A DNA stretch of 64,000 nt from NCBI RefSeq assembly GCF_036321535.1, contig NC_087451.1, positions 55,924,001 to 55,988,000 of the forward strand, given 5' to 3'. The position numbers were made by a program, and so were the translations under genes. Below the pieces are notes generated by a model. That model was not told where the DNA came from, did no database searches, and worked only from the letters and a program-made list of their open reading frames with translations. Shown here piece by piece: positions 21,179 through 34,085 of the stretch. Numbering within the stretch: the first letter of the stretch is position 1; every line of letters starts with the position of its first letter. The stretch is from Camelus dromedarius (Eukaryota).

Positions 21179-22338
21179 AAGTGGGTCTACACAGTGAGCA
21201 GTGAGCAAGGAGGGGACTGAATGGAGATGAGGTTGAAGAGCTGGGAGTTTATATCTACCATGTCTCTGGCCCAATCGCCATCATCCCACCATCAGGCATA
21301 CAGGTACATACCTGAAAATCTTATATCTTTGCATCTATGGATCCCTATGCCCGGAATGTGTTCCCTGCCTTCTCTGACTAGTGATAAAATCCTACTCATC
21401 CTTCAAGGCCAGATTCAAAACCATTTACAAAACCTTCTCCCATTCTTTAGCAGGAAGTAATCACTCCCTTGTCTGATGTCCTACAGCCCATATATCCCCA
21501 AGACAGTAATCACATGCTGACTTGTATCTCAGCCAGGTGTTTACATGCCAATCTGCCCACCACGCAGTGAATTCCCTGAAGGCAGATGCTCTGTCTTAGT
21601 CACCTCCATAGCCATCTTCTCATGCCTACCTCAGTGCCTGGCCCACAGCAGGTACTCAATGAATGTTGTGATATCTACTTGACTAGTGGGTGGTGCCCAG
21701 CACTTCTAATGGCAGATAAGAAGGAAAACAAAAATAATAACAACTTATGGTTTATCACATGCTTTCCTATTCATTACCTCATTTGAGCCTTCCAACAACC
21801 CTATGAAACAGTTGGGACAGGTAGTTAGACCCGTTTTACAGATAGAGTAGCTGAGGCCCAAGGGCATGCAGTTAGTAAGTAATGAGAACTAAGTCCCAAT
21901 TCTTCCCCCTTACTTCGGATTCAGCTTTTAAAAATGATGATGGAGAGACCCAAAGAACATTTTGAGGATATAAGGCAATGGGGTTGACTGCACTAGAAAA
22001 GCACTTTTGTAGGTGGACTAGGGAGAGATCCTTACACAGCTGGGACGGAGTCAACAGCAGCCACACCAGGAAAGGCACAGGATTCCTTTCCGTGCCCCAA
22101 GCAGCTAGAAGAGTCCGCAGCACCATCCCCCATCCCTGGCCAGAGAAAAAGGAGACGGATGTTCACGAGTCTGCGGGTCGGGCGGCTAAGATGACGTTAA
22201 CAATGACTTGTTAGCAGAGCTTGCTTCTCTGTCACCATGACAACTGGAGCTTGACAACTGGAGCTTGACTACTGAGACCTTGCAAGGTTGACTGGGGCAG
22301 GTTCTTCGTTACCTCGAAATTAGGAAAGGATATTTATG

Positions 22339-22385
22339 GTGTGTGCGTGTGCGTGTGGCTGTGTGTGTGCGTGCGCGCGCACGCG
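22339..22385. repeat. Alternating purine-pyrimidine (GT/GC) microsatellite
   Basis: gtgtgtgcgtgtgcgtgt...gtgtgtgtgcgtgcgcgcgcacgcg. Confidence 0.85.
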
Positions 22386-22414
22386 GAATAAAGATGAAAA
22401 AAGAGTCAAGACTT

Positions 22415-22583
22415 TCAGTGATCCTCCACCTCAGCAACATGTTAGAACCACCTGAATAATTTTAAAAGTTCCAATGCCTAGCCGTACCCTAGACCAATTA
22501 AATTAGAATCTCTGGGGGTGGAAATCAGGTATCTTTATTCAGGTCTTCCCAGGTGATTCCAACTGCAGCCAAAGTTGCAAACT
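22415..22583. mobile_element. MER5-like MITE abutting the WIPF2 promoter
   Basis: gttagaaccacctgaataatttt...agaccaattaaattagaatctctgggggtgg...ccaggtgattccaactgcagccaaagttg. Confidence 0.7.
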
Positions 22584-23060
22584 CCGCTTTTGGCTGGCAA
22601 GAAATTCTTGCGACCTTCCCAAGATGGCGGCCACCAGACCGCTTCCGCCTTTACGTGCGCCGGCAGGGGGCGGGCTTTCCAGGGACGCATGCGTGTAGCG
22701 TCTCTTCGCTTTCTGCTCCCTCCTTCTTTTTCCCCCTCCTCCATTTTGTTCGCGGACGCTGGGGACGGTGGGAGCAGATCCATTTCCGGGTTGGCAAAAG
22801 GGGCGGCGGCGGCGAGAAAGGGAGCTTGCCGGGGGGCGAGCAGGACGGGACGAAGCCGGAGCGGAGGTGGCGGAGGATTCGCTCCCGGAGCCGCTGCGGC
22901 CAGGTCGGAAAGACGCCGGGGAGGCTGGTCCGTCGCTGAGATGACCTGCGGACCGAATGGGAGGGAGAGCCGGGGATGGGGGGATTGGGGCGGGGCTTGG
23001 GAGAGAGGGGGGCATTGGAGGAGGGGCCTGTGGAAGAGAGGGGTCCTGGGGGCGGGGCCT
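22580..23060 (+). promoter_or_regulatory. WIPF2: WIPF2 CpG-island promoter with YY1, NRF1-like, GC-box and ETS motifs
   Basis: High CpG density. CAAGATGGCGGCC (YY1, 22620-22632), GGGGCGGG (22667-22674), palindromic ACGCATGCGT (NRF1-like, 22685-22694), ATTTCCGG (ETS, 22782-22789). No TATA box. Confidence 0.85.
22780..22903 (+). other. WIPF2: WIPF2 non-coding exon 1 (start approximate)
   Basis: GC-rich, ATG-free segment in the CpG island ending ccag|gtcgga. The donor is weak, so the boundary is inferred. Confidence 0.6.
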
Positions 23061-24970
23061 GACGGGAGGGGGCTGGGGGCTGGGTCTGAATAACCTAGAG
23101 AAGAGGGGGCGTGGGGAATCTTAAGTAGGGAGGAGTGATCGGGAATTGGTGTGGGGCGAGGGCTGACTGTGAAATGGGGAGGAAGGTTATTGTGAGAAAA
23201 TAAGGGATCCTCAAGGATTGGGTAAGGTGAGTAAGGCGGCACTCTGAGTGTGGAGCGAGGTAGTCGTGCGCAAAAACGGGGGTGGGGAGGGAGGACCTGT
23301 TGGAAACAGGTAATTAACAGGAAGCTTTGGGTGAGGACGGCACTGTGACATTTTGGGGATTGATGAGTGAAAACCAATGGTTGAATAGATAACTGCGGAA
23401 ATTGCTCACACTGGAGGGAATCTTCAGAGCGTTAGTTGAGAAGAAATCAGAATTGAGTTAAAGGTTGTATTGAGAAATGTTGAAGTTCGCATGGGAGCAA
23501 CCTGCCATTGAGGATTCAGATTGGAGTGGTGTGACGTGAGGGAAGACGGAAATCTTAAAAGTGTTTAACGTGAGCAGTGTGTGTTGTTGAGTTTACTGAT
23601 CAGGAAGGAAGAGTCTTTAAAGATAACACTGGGGTAAGGAGCTGGAAGAAGCTGGTGTGTACTGGAATTCATATTTTTCAAAGGAATTTGAATGATCTGT
23701 TACGGCTTTGGGCCCCCCAGGATCCACCTTTTTTTTCAGGCTGTTGTTTTTGCCTTACATTTCAGTTTCTGAACGACTTAACTGCATGTTTTTGGTGACT
23801 TTTTTCTTCTTTTACAAACCAGAAGATAATTTCAGGAAATAGGAGTTGTTCTGGCCCACCTATGGATTTAGTAAGTGACTTTGAGGCAAATCATTAAACT
23901 GTCTCATTTTTTCCCCCTTAGAAATGCAGGTATGATCCCTCTCTGCCTCTCAAAGATTGTGTTAACCAAGTGGGATCGTTAAAGTGGATGCAAAGAAGCG
24001 ATCTTGAAAACAAGATTGAGATACTGATATTTACAAGACACCTCCTCTCAGTTTCTTCCTCTCAACTTTGTGCATTTTTTTTTCCGCCAGGGAAGAGTTG
24101 GTTTTGATTTGATACAGGTCAATTTTTAAACTTTGCTCAATGTCAACTTTTAGTAGCCAAAAATTTAATATTATTGTGTTACATTGTATTGGCTGCCATC
24201 AAGACAGAGATGGGGAAGTTAGAAATGGGAATGAATGAGGTCAGTTGATGGAGAATGTGGAAGAATGCTATATTTTGTTTTCTAGCCACAAGAATTTTTT
24301 ACTCTTGACAAACACTTTCCCCATGAACTCTTTGAGAATTCACTGAAAAATAGTGTTTTAGACACTTGAGCCTTTTGCTTTGCTCCAGTTACTGTGGCCC
24401 TGTTGCCAGTTAGTGGGTACCAGGGTGCTTGGGGACAGTTTTAGCTTCTTTATTGTTAATCCTGTGACATCTTGACTGTTCTGGCTTTTTCTTTGGGCAT
24501 AATGCTCTAAACATTTGCCTGTAAGTGATCTTGTTTAGCTTAGAAGTGTTCTTGAAGTCTTGGCGTTTCTGAAGTCTGACGTGGATTTGCTTAAGAGGGG
24601 GCAGTTTCTAATTCTACTTCACACTTGATATCAATAGTGTTGTTTACCTTAATTGGTACTGATTAGTTAGGTGATGTCAGCACAAAAGTGAAATGCAGGG
24701 GAAAGTGGAAGGTGTTTAAACTACAGAGTTTTCAGGTTTTACTGGTCACTTTTAAGAAGGAAAGAGAGGATTCCTGTTCCTATTGAGGAAATTGTCAGAT
24801 GTTCTTTTTTGACTTCTTGAGCTCTTTGATTGGAAGAGTAACCTGGTGTACTTGAATCTGTGTTCCTTTTGCTCTGAAGTAATTCAAAAAATCACAGGCT
24901 GCTGGTTCAGGCTGTTTCAGCAGACCAAAGTTTTAATACCAGCCCCAGGAAGAGCTGCAGGTAGGAAGTG

Positions 24971-25470
24971 TATACAGACGGTCTGTGACTTACCATGATT
25001 TGACTTAGGATTTTTCAACTTCACGACGGTGTGTAAGTGATATTCATTCAGTAGGAACTGTACTTCAGTTTTTTAATTTTTATCTTTTCCCGGGCTATCG
25101 ACATTTGGTATAATACTCTCTCGTGATGCTGGGCAGTGGTAGACAGCCACAGCTCCTGGTCAGCTTCGCAATCATGAGGGGAAACAAACGATATACTTAA
25201 CAACCCTTCTGTGCCCATACAACCATTCTGTTTTTCACTTTCAGGACAGTATTCAGTAAATTACATGAGATATTCAACACTTTGCTATAAAATAGGCTCT
25301 CACTTAGATGGTTTTGCCCAGCTGTAGGCTAATATAAGTGTTCTGAGCACACTTAAGGTAGGCCAGGCTAAGCTATGATGCTGGGTAGGTTAAGTGTATT
25401 AAATGTGTTTTCGACTTAACGGTATTTTCAGTTTACGATGGGTTTATCAGGATGTAACCCATTTGTATGC
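24971..25470. mobile_element. Tigger3/MER7-like Tc1-mariner element
   Basis: aagtgttctgagcacacttaaggtaggccaggctaagctatgatg...ttcgacttaacggtattttcagtttacgatgggtttatcaggatgtaaccc. Confidence 0.75.
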
Positions 25471-28219
25471 TTATTTGGGGATAAAAACTTGCTTAATATT
25501 TTTTTCTCATTTCAACCTACAGTGTGTCTTTTTGGTTTGTTTTAAAGGAGGTTTTGAGATCAGTTGTGGAGGATCTGCTCTCTGGGCTGACTTTTGGTAT
25601 AACCTGCTTCTTTCACATAATGCTTTTCCGTTTTTCCTCTCCTGTCGTGTGTTTCCATTGCACTGCTGGAGTCAGCCCTAAGTGGAAAATGGCAAATTAC
25701 ACAATTTTTTTCCCTCCTTTCCAGTCTCTGGTGGACATCTTGTCTGTGTCACAGTTTGATACCACCAAATTGAAAGGATTCTTGCCTGCCTCAAATGGGG
25801 AGGGTGACAAGCTGAGCTGGGTTTCCTGGGCCAAAGAATGGACTCTGTCAAAGCAAAGAATAGTTGCAGAAACACAAACTGAGCCCTTGAAGCTGTGACT
25901 AACATTTTGGCAACATGCTTCCCTCTGCCAAATAACTTCTTTTCTTCTTGGGTCTGATTGTTGATCTCCTTCTCAAAGTAGGCTCTTGTTGCTACTGTTC
26001 TTCACACAACTCCCGAGCAGAAGTTGGCAGAGTTCCGGTTGACTGTCTGTTGGTCTCTTGAGGGATATGGCCCAGATTAGAGTAGATGGGGTGTTCCATG
26101 TCACAGTGAGGTCCACTGGCAGATCCTCAGAGCTGCTCTGCAAGAAAATAGAGGGGGTACTCTTCACTGAATGTTCTTACACTCCTTTATGTTTCTTCTA
26201 AATTCAAATCTGTTTCTTATTCATCTGGTGGTTAAATGCAGAATCATTGCCTTTGCCTAGCTTTGAAAATCCAAGGCATTGAAGAAGAAAGAGTATTTCT
26301 GACTTTTTCTTCCTTTTTTTTTTGGTCTCGCTCTCACTCCCAAGCTTTTGAGCCTGGGAGCCGTAGGCTAAACTCATGAGCACTTCTTAGTATTATCATA
26401 GAGGGGTATTTTAAAAATGCTGAACAGAACTTACGGAGAAAAACAATGCTAGCAGGGAAGGAAAGTGATAAGTTTGTTGATGTCTGTGTCAGTCGTAGAT
26501 CTCTTAAGATTTTGGCTTAACATGCCCCTGGAGGCAAATAGGTTATCAAATGAGGGGCCAGGAATTGGCTTCTAATTTGCCATTTGGCTTGGCAAAGTTA
26601 TAACACTTTAGTACAGCTATAGTAAATACTTAATTCTATTTAGTAAATGCCCTTTTCAGTGTGTTCTACTTAGTGAATACCCTTTTGTTTTTCAGGGGAT
26701 AATTATTGGAAGAGAACTGTGTCTCCATTAGGTCTTGGAATGGATTATGAAGATAATTTCTTGCAGTATATGACAGTCGCCCTTGTAACATTGGAGATAC
26801 CCCAAAACAGATCTTATTCTTGGTGGCCCTGGATTCACCTTTCTTCTGCTATCATTAATCCAGAGTATTCTGTTCCTGATATGCAGGTTGAGATCCAGAG
26901 GTTTTTGACTCTGGTCCAGGGCTTTGATTGTGGTAACAAATATGATTATTGGAGTTGTATTTAATGTAGTCTCAGGTTTTTTTTTTTCCTGACAGGGGTT
27001 TGAGGTTTACAAATCTGTATATCTAAGGAATGTGTGCAGATTTCCTCCCCATTCTAATAGGTGGTTTTCAAAAAATGTTTGGTTTCTGAAACTTCACAGA
27101 TTCAGATTAAGCTGTATTTGGATTGAGGCCCCTCAGTGAAAGTAATTTGTTTTTAGTCAGTATTTATGATAATTCTTCAGTACAAATTCATCAGCCTGCT
27201 TCCTGTGCTTATAGAAATGCTGAATTAAATAATCTCTTTTTTTCTCCCAATAATCCTTCTGACTGTGAAACATTGTCCATATGTCCAGATTGGGACAGTT
27301 GATTGGGTGGGGGGAAGGAATTTTCTAAAATAATACAAATCTACAGTGGGACAAGCTGTCCGAGGTTTGTGGATAAGTGACTTCCTTCTTTCCACTTCTC
27401 CCTTTCCAGTGCTTATATGTAGGCAGTGTGTTTGTTGTCAGAGATCCAGGTATGAGAGATTTAAACTCCTCTCTATCACTGTCTTATAAGGATGGGACTA
27501 TCTTTAACACAGTTTATGTATTTTTAAAATAGGTAATACATTCACATGACTCAAAAAAATTAAGATGGAAAAGAGTATACAGTGAATAGCCTGCTTTCTA
27601 CCCTGTCTCCTCATCAGTCCAGCTCATCTGCCCAGAGTCAAATACTATTACCAGGTTCTTGAGATCCTTGCCAGAGATATGTGTACCTATAAAGAAAATA
27701 TACATATTTCTTGCATTTTTTAAAAACAAGTATAGCATACTGTTAATACTATCTGCAGTTTTTAAAAAACTTATTTTGGTAGTCATTCCATATAAGCAGT
27801 AGAGAGAGTTGGCACCTGTCCTATACTGGTAGATATTTCTAATGTTTCCAGTCCTTTGCTCTTACATGCTATGCTCCAGGGAATAACTATATATATGTAG
27901 TTATTTTATTTGCCCTTTGCATGTGTGACTAAATCTGTAGGGTAAATTATAAGTAGAATTGCTGAAGCTGATTTTTTTGGCTCTATTATTCATTTATTTG
28001 GCAAGTATTTTTAAGCTTCTGCTGTGTGCTGAGCTCTGTGGTGGGTGCTGGAGATACAGTAGTGAACAAGGCTGACTCAGTTCTTGCTCTCAAGTGGTTA
28101 TGGTCTAGTGGGGAAATTGACCAGTAAACAATTAATTACTCCTGCTCTGAGTGCTGTGGAGACAGCTAATGGGGCACTGGTTGATTGGGAAGGCAGGCTG
28201 TCAGGGAAGGTCCCTTAAG

Positions 28220-28565
<346 letters not shown>

Positions 28566-28583
28566 GAAGGTCCATTGACTTTT

Positions 28584-28719
28584 TTTTTTTTTTTTTGATA
28601 GTGGGTAGGTAATCAGGTTTATTCATTTCTTTATTTTTTTAGAGGAGATACTGGAGATTGAACCCAGGGCCTTGAGCGTGCTAAGCATACACTCTACCAC
28701 TTTAGCTATACCCTCCCCC
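28584..28719 (-). mobile_element. Vic-1-type SINE
   Basis: Poly-T...gattgaacccagggcc...ctaccactttagctataccctcccc. TSD aaggtcc(a/c)ttgactttt at 28567-28583 and 28721-28737. Confidence 0.9.
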
Positions 28720-29917
28720 AAAGGTCCCTTGACTTTTAAGACTGAAATCTAAAGGATGAGGGGAGAACAAAAGATTGTTCTTCGTGGAGGAAGTGGCATA
28801 GGTGAAGGTCCTGAGGAGGGAAAAACTATTTTGAAGAACTGAAGGAAGTTCCTTTGTGTCTGGAGCTTAGGGAGTGAGAGGCAGAGAGGTAGGAGGCAAG
28901 GCTTCAGAGAGTGTGAGCTCTCCAAAAATATGGATAAATGGCACAGTGGATTTTGAGCTCAGCCTTTACAGTAGAGATTTTTTTTTTGTCAGTTCTTTCC
29001 ACAGGTAGTAGTTTACTAGTGTTGATGCCAAAACCATCAATGTCATAAAGAAATCTGATGCCTGTACAGTGGAATATGTTTTCTAAAAGAACTCCTGGAT
29101 AAAGCCTGTTATTTTAGACTTGATTTTTTTTAGGTCCTGCAAATTAACTTATGTGGCTGGATTAGGACGTAGAATTTTAGGTTCCTGGGGATTGATTTGG
29201 AGATTATTGAGGAGCAGTTCGTAGATTATGGGGGATGATGGGATTGTTAGTTTGCCAGACCTACTATTTAGGAAACAGAAAACCTCTTCACTTCTGGGGA
29301 ATATTGACTTTTTTTTTTTTTGTAAGCCTCCTGGGGCTGGAGAGAGAACACAGATGTTCTTATTATGAACTAGTGAATATAATCTGTCACACTCATCATC
29401 TAGGCCATATGTCTTAATATGATGCCTGAGTCTTGTTGGACATACAAATGAATCAGGAGCCCAAGGGCCATTATAACTCTGGATATATGAAAACATTTTT
29501 ATCTGCAAGTGTATTAACTTTTGTTCAGAAATCACAGTACTCTTCCTCAAAGCCCAGATGGTCCTGTTTGATTTAGTACCTTTCTTGTGTAATTGGATCA
29601 GCTTGCTCCATTTTCATAACTTAAAGGAGGCTCTTGGTTTAGCAGACCATCACTAGTGATCAAGGAATGACAATGCACAGGTTTTTCTAGCATTCAGCAA
29701 GGCACATCTGTGTATCTGATGGCTTAAGGGTATTAGGGTGAGAGAGAAGAGACTCCTCGACAGTGAAAGTCACAGCTTTGTTATTAGATTATCTGTGGTG
29801 AGTTGGGACTTAATATATTATCTTTGAAATGAGGCATGACACGTCTGTCTCTCCATGTGAAGTCTAGATCAACATTTTATGGAGCATCTGCTTAAATTTT
29901 CTCTCAGGCCTTTTCTT

Positions 29918-30180
29918 TTTTTTGTTTAATGGAGGTAGTGGGGATTGAACCAAGGACCTCGTGCATGCTAAGCCTTTTTCTTTAATTAAAAAAAATTTTT
30001 TTTAATTATTATTTTACTTATTTACTTTTAGGTTTTTGTTTTGTTTTGGGGGGTAATTAGGTCTATTTAATTATTATTATTTTTTAATGGAGGTACTGGG
30101 GATTGAACCCAGGACCTCATACATGCTGACCATGCGCTCTGCCCCTTGAGCTAACCCCCCCCCCACTACCCCCCACCCAC
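29918..30180 (-). mobile_element. Two tandem Vic-1-type SINEs (5'-truncated copy about 29918-29971; full copy about 29984-30180)
   Basis: Two consecutive ttaatggaggta(g/c)tggggattgaacc..aggacctc segments. Confidence 0.85.
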
Positions 30181-30962
30181 GCCTTTTCTTAATGGAGACT
30201 GTGATTTTTCCTTTCGTCTTATGTTCTCTGTAGATGCTTTCTACTTTTATATTTGGGGTGTGCAAGTGAAGGAAGGCACATGTTAAGTCCAGGGCTAGTA
30301 CTGTCAGCTGTGAGCAGCCTAGTGTGAGAAGAGCCGTTTTTTGTCATCAGTAACTGGATTCCAGCCTACCTTGTAATTGTCTTTTTACCTCATTAACAGT
30401 TTCTTAGAACTTCTAAGTTGGTTATTTTTGGTTTTCTGTTAGTTGCATTAAATTGAAAACAAGACCTAAAAAGGGAGCTAAGATGATTGATTTTTTTAAG
30501 ATGTAGCCCTCTATTTTTGTGCTGACCTTTGCAATTAAATTTTGGTCATGAATTTTCATGGCAGCCTGGAAGTTCCTGACATATTTGACCTGTGGTTGAG
30601 TGAGCTCTGGGGGTGGTGGACATTGTTTGGTTACACCCAGGCTGTGGCAGAGAGTCAGGTCACATTAGGCAGCCTGCTTCCATTAGAGCTGAACCTGAGA
30701 CACAGGTTTTTGAATCAAGCATAATAGCCTTTTAATTATTTTGGTTTGTTTGGGATTTTCTACTTTCTTTAACTGCATTGGTAACAGATCCGGTATTGAT
30801 CCTATTTTTTGAAATTTTGGTCAATCTGAAGCTTGATTTTGTTTATGCAGTGTTAGATTTTTGGGGTGTTAGTAATTAAATTTTTAAAAATCAAAATGGT
30901 AAGAATACATAGTTTGAAGAGTTAAATAGTACTGTGAGTCTTACAATTAAAAAAGCTGCTCC

Positions 30963-31099
30963 TGGAGGAGGGTATAGCTCAGTGGTAGAGTGCATGTTTA
31001 GCATGCATGAGGTCCTACTGGATTCAATCCCCATTAAATCCCTTCATTAAAAAACAAAAAATTAAAAATAAATAAATAAACCTAATTACCCACCCCCCC
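30963..31099 (+). mobile_element. Vic-1-type SINE with 14-bp TSD
   Basis: TSD aaaaaagctgctcc at 30949-30962 and 31100-31113. Confidence 0.9.
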
Positions 31100-31129
31100 A
31101 AAAAAGCTGCTCCATTTCTCCTTGTTTGT

Positions 31130-33230
31130 CCTCATTTTTAATACTTTTAGCATTTTTTTCTGGTGTGTATTACCTTCATGTTTTTACGCAGTGTACTGTT
31201 ATTTCTTATTTGCCCATTCTTAGATCTTATCTTACCTATTGAATTTCTATTATGGACACTGAATTTTACATTCTTATGCTGCTAGCCACCCTGAACCCTT
31301 CCTGCTGTCTGCCCAGTACAGATAGATCACAGTCTTGATTAAATCAGTAGTTTGTGTCTTTTTGTGTTATATATCAGGATTCAATCTGAAAAACAAGCCA
31401 TTCTTGATATTACAAGGATTACCAAACGATTGGAAGGCCATGGAAGCATAGCTCAGGGAAAGCCACATCGCAGGGATTGTACAGGGCTTGTAGGAAACTT
31501 CAGTCTTTAATAATCTTGGCTGCCTTAAACACCAAAGCAGGCAATTTGCAGAATATTGAAAACTGCTGCAAACCACGTGACTGTCATCTGTCAGAGGCCA
31601 CACAACTGCTCGTTGCTACTGGAAGATCAATAATAGCATCTACTTTCTTCCATCTTTCCAGATCTTGAGTGAGTGACTTGTGTTGGTGGAATTTCAACCA
31701 CAACCTCCCTCCTCTACCAAGAGTCCAGAAGGTGAATATTATCAAAAGAAGAAAAAAATATTAGGATCCAATAAAATGACTGTGTACTGTGATTACATTT
31801 CCTTCCTTACACTTTTCCCCCTAAATATAATAGCCTTTTTTCTTTGCTTTGCTTAATTTACTGGAGTATCAATCATTAATTCATCCCTAAACTCGAATGG
31901 AAATACCTCTTTTCAGAACATTCACATTAGTGGAGCCTCTTCCAGAGGCGTTGCGAAAAAGGATCCATAGGAGGGGGTGCATTTTTTGAGGCTTTGTATA
32001 TCTGAATCATCTTTTTTCTATCCTCACACTGGTTGGTAGTTGGGATATAAAATATGTTGGGGATCATATTTCTTTGGAAATTTTAAGACTTGCTTTGTGG
32101 TCTTCTAACTTTCAGTAATGGTATTGTGAAGTTTAATGGTATTCTGCTTGTGGATTTTTTGTGTGGGATCTGTTTTTTCTCTGAAAGATTTTAGGGTCTT
32201 GTCTTTATCTCTGATATTCTAAAATACAATGATGTACCTTGGGGTGGATATTAGAATTTAAAGGCATGACATTCAGTGGATCTTTTCAGTCTGAAGCTTA
32301 TTTCTATCTGTCCTGGAAATTTTTCTTGTATGATATCTCTTATTCTCTCTCTGATAATTTTTCTCTCTTCCCTCTTTCTGGGAACCCCTGATATCCAGAT
32401 GGTGAAACTCCTAGACTGGTCCTCCAATTTTTTTTTTTTCTTATTTGCTATTAATTCTTTTTATTGGCAAGAAATTTTCTTGGAATTTTATGTATTTTGC
32501 ATGTTATCAGGAATTCTGTTTTGATTATTTACTTTGATTCCTATCTTTCATGTTAGAGGTTTTCTTGAAATGTCTGAAAATTCTTGGCTATCTGTTCATT
32601 TTTAAGGATGAGGCATTAAAAAGCTGAGTGTGGAGCCCTGGCTTATCAAGTGTGGGCAGCATTTTAGGGTGAATTGGCACTGGTTACTTTCCTCAGAGAG
32701 GACTCCTCCATTCTTTTGCCTGGAGAGTATAAGTCCAGCTGCAGGTATTTTGGGAGACAAGTGGGAGAAGAGAGCTGGGGGTCGGGGACAAGTCTCATTG
32801 TTGAGTAAAACTTAGACTTTAACTTGATCCCCCTGTTTTCATTTTGCACTGCTGCCCATTGCTATGACTGTTCACTTGGTTCAGAGACCCTCTTGTTCAA
32901 CTTCTCCCATCTGCCAGGCGCCATGGGGGAGGGGACAGAGGGGATAGAGGAATCTAATTTCTTATACAGACTTTCGACCAATTCTGTTTTAGCCCCTCCT
33001 ACACTCCCTCCTCCAGAGCTACCAGGTGCCTCCAGTATCTGAGCCTTTTCTAAGATTCTTTGATAAGAATCTGCTTGCTTCTTTCCACTGCAAGCATATA
33101 GCGTTTTCCTTTCTGTGAAGTTATTTATCACCAGTGCATCTGCTTTCTAGCTTCCAAATTTTGTTGACATCTCTCTTTATGCTGTTGTCTCCTTTCCCAT
33201 TTTGTGTGTGTGTGTATATGTGTGTATGTT
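31130..33230 (-). mobile_element. Old L1M-type fragment(s), interrupted at about 31350-31775
   Basis: T-rich decayed L1-like sequence (gattacatttcc, ttcagtctgaag...tctggaaatttttcttg, tttcatgttagaggttttcttgaaatgtctg). Confidence 0.55.
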
Positions 33231-33261
33231 TTAAGTTTATGCCTTAAAAAAATCCTTTTGT

Positions 33262-33720
33262 GAGGACGTGGTATATGTATATAATGGAATACTGTTCAGC
33301 CATAAAAAAGAATGAAATGCCATTTGCAGCAACATGGATGGACCTAGATTACCTTACTAAGTGAAGTCAGACAGAAAGGCAAAAACCATATATCACTTAT
33401 ATGTGGAATCTAAAAAAATGATACAAATGAACTTATTTAAAAAACAGAAAGAGACTCACAGACATAGAAAACAAGCTTATGGTTACCAAAGGGGAAAGGA
33501 GAGGGTGGGTTAAATTAGGATTTGGGGATTAACAGATACAAACTACTATATATAAAATAGATAAACAAGGTCCTACCATATAGCACAGAACTATATTCAA
33601 TATCTTATCATAACCTATAATGAAAAAGAATATATATTAACTGAATCATTACGCTGTACACCAGAAAGTAACACAACATTGAAAATTTTACAATACTTTG
33701 AAATACTTCAAATTTAAAAA
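33262..33720 (+). mobile_element. Artiodactyl-type L1 3' end
   Basis: gtggtatatgtatataatggaatactgttcagccataaaaaagaatgaaatgccatttgcagcaacatggatggacctag...gctgtacaccagaaagtaacacaacatt. Confidence 0.9.
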
Positions 33721-33884
33721 ACCCCTTTGCTGTAATTTTAATGGTGTTTTATGAAGGAACACTGATAAATAAATGCATGCAACATATTCATATTTAACCA
33801 GCTTATGCATCAGCTTTTCTTTGCTGATACCCATTCACGTAGCGTCCGCATGGCTGATTACTAATACTCCTTTAGAACAGTGTT

Positions 33885-34085
33885 TTCCAGGCTTCCTTGA
33901 CACCAAGGATTACTTAAGGTGCTCGTTGGATATATAGATTCCCAGATCTTTCTCCTGGAAAATTTTTGACTTTAGTAGGTCTGGATTATGACCTAGAAAT
34001 CTTTTTTGTGTTTGTTTGTTTTTAAAACAAATGCCCGAGGATGTGGTCTTATCTTGAGGCAAGTTTGGAAGCCCTGTTTTAGAAG
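33885..34085. mobile_element. MER5-like MITE
   Basis: cagtgttttccaggcttccttgacaccaaggattacttaaggtgc...gcaagtttggaagccctg. Confidence 0.6.

Noticed and set aside
22535-23377. Long overlapping ORFs (280, 158, 128, 172 aa) over the WIPF2 promoter
   Set aside because: Typical stop-poor GC-rich CpG-island artefacts. Low-complexity Pro/Gly/Arg translations with no recognisable domain.
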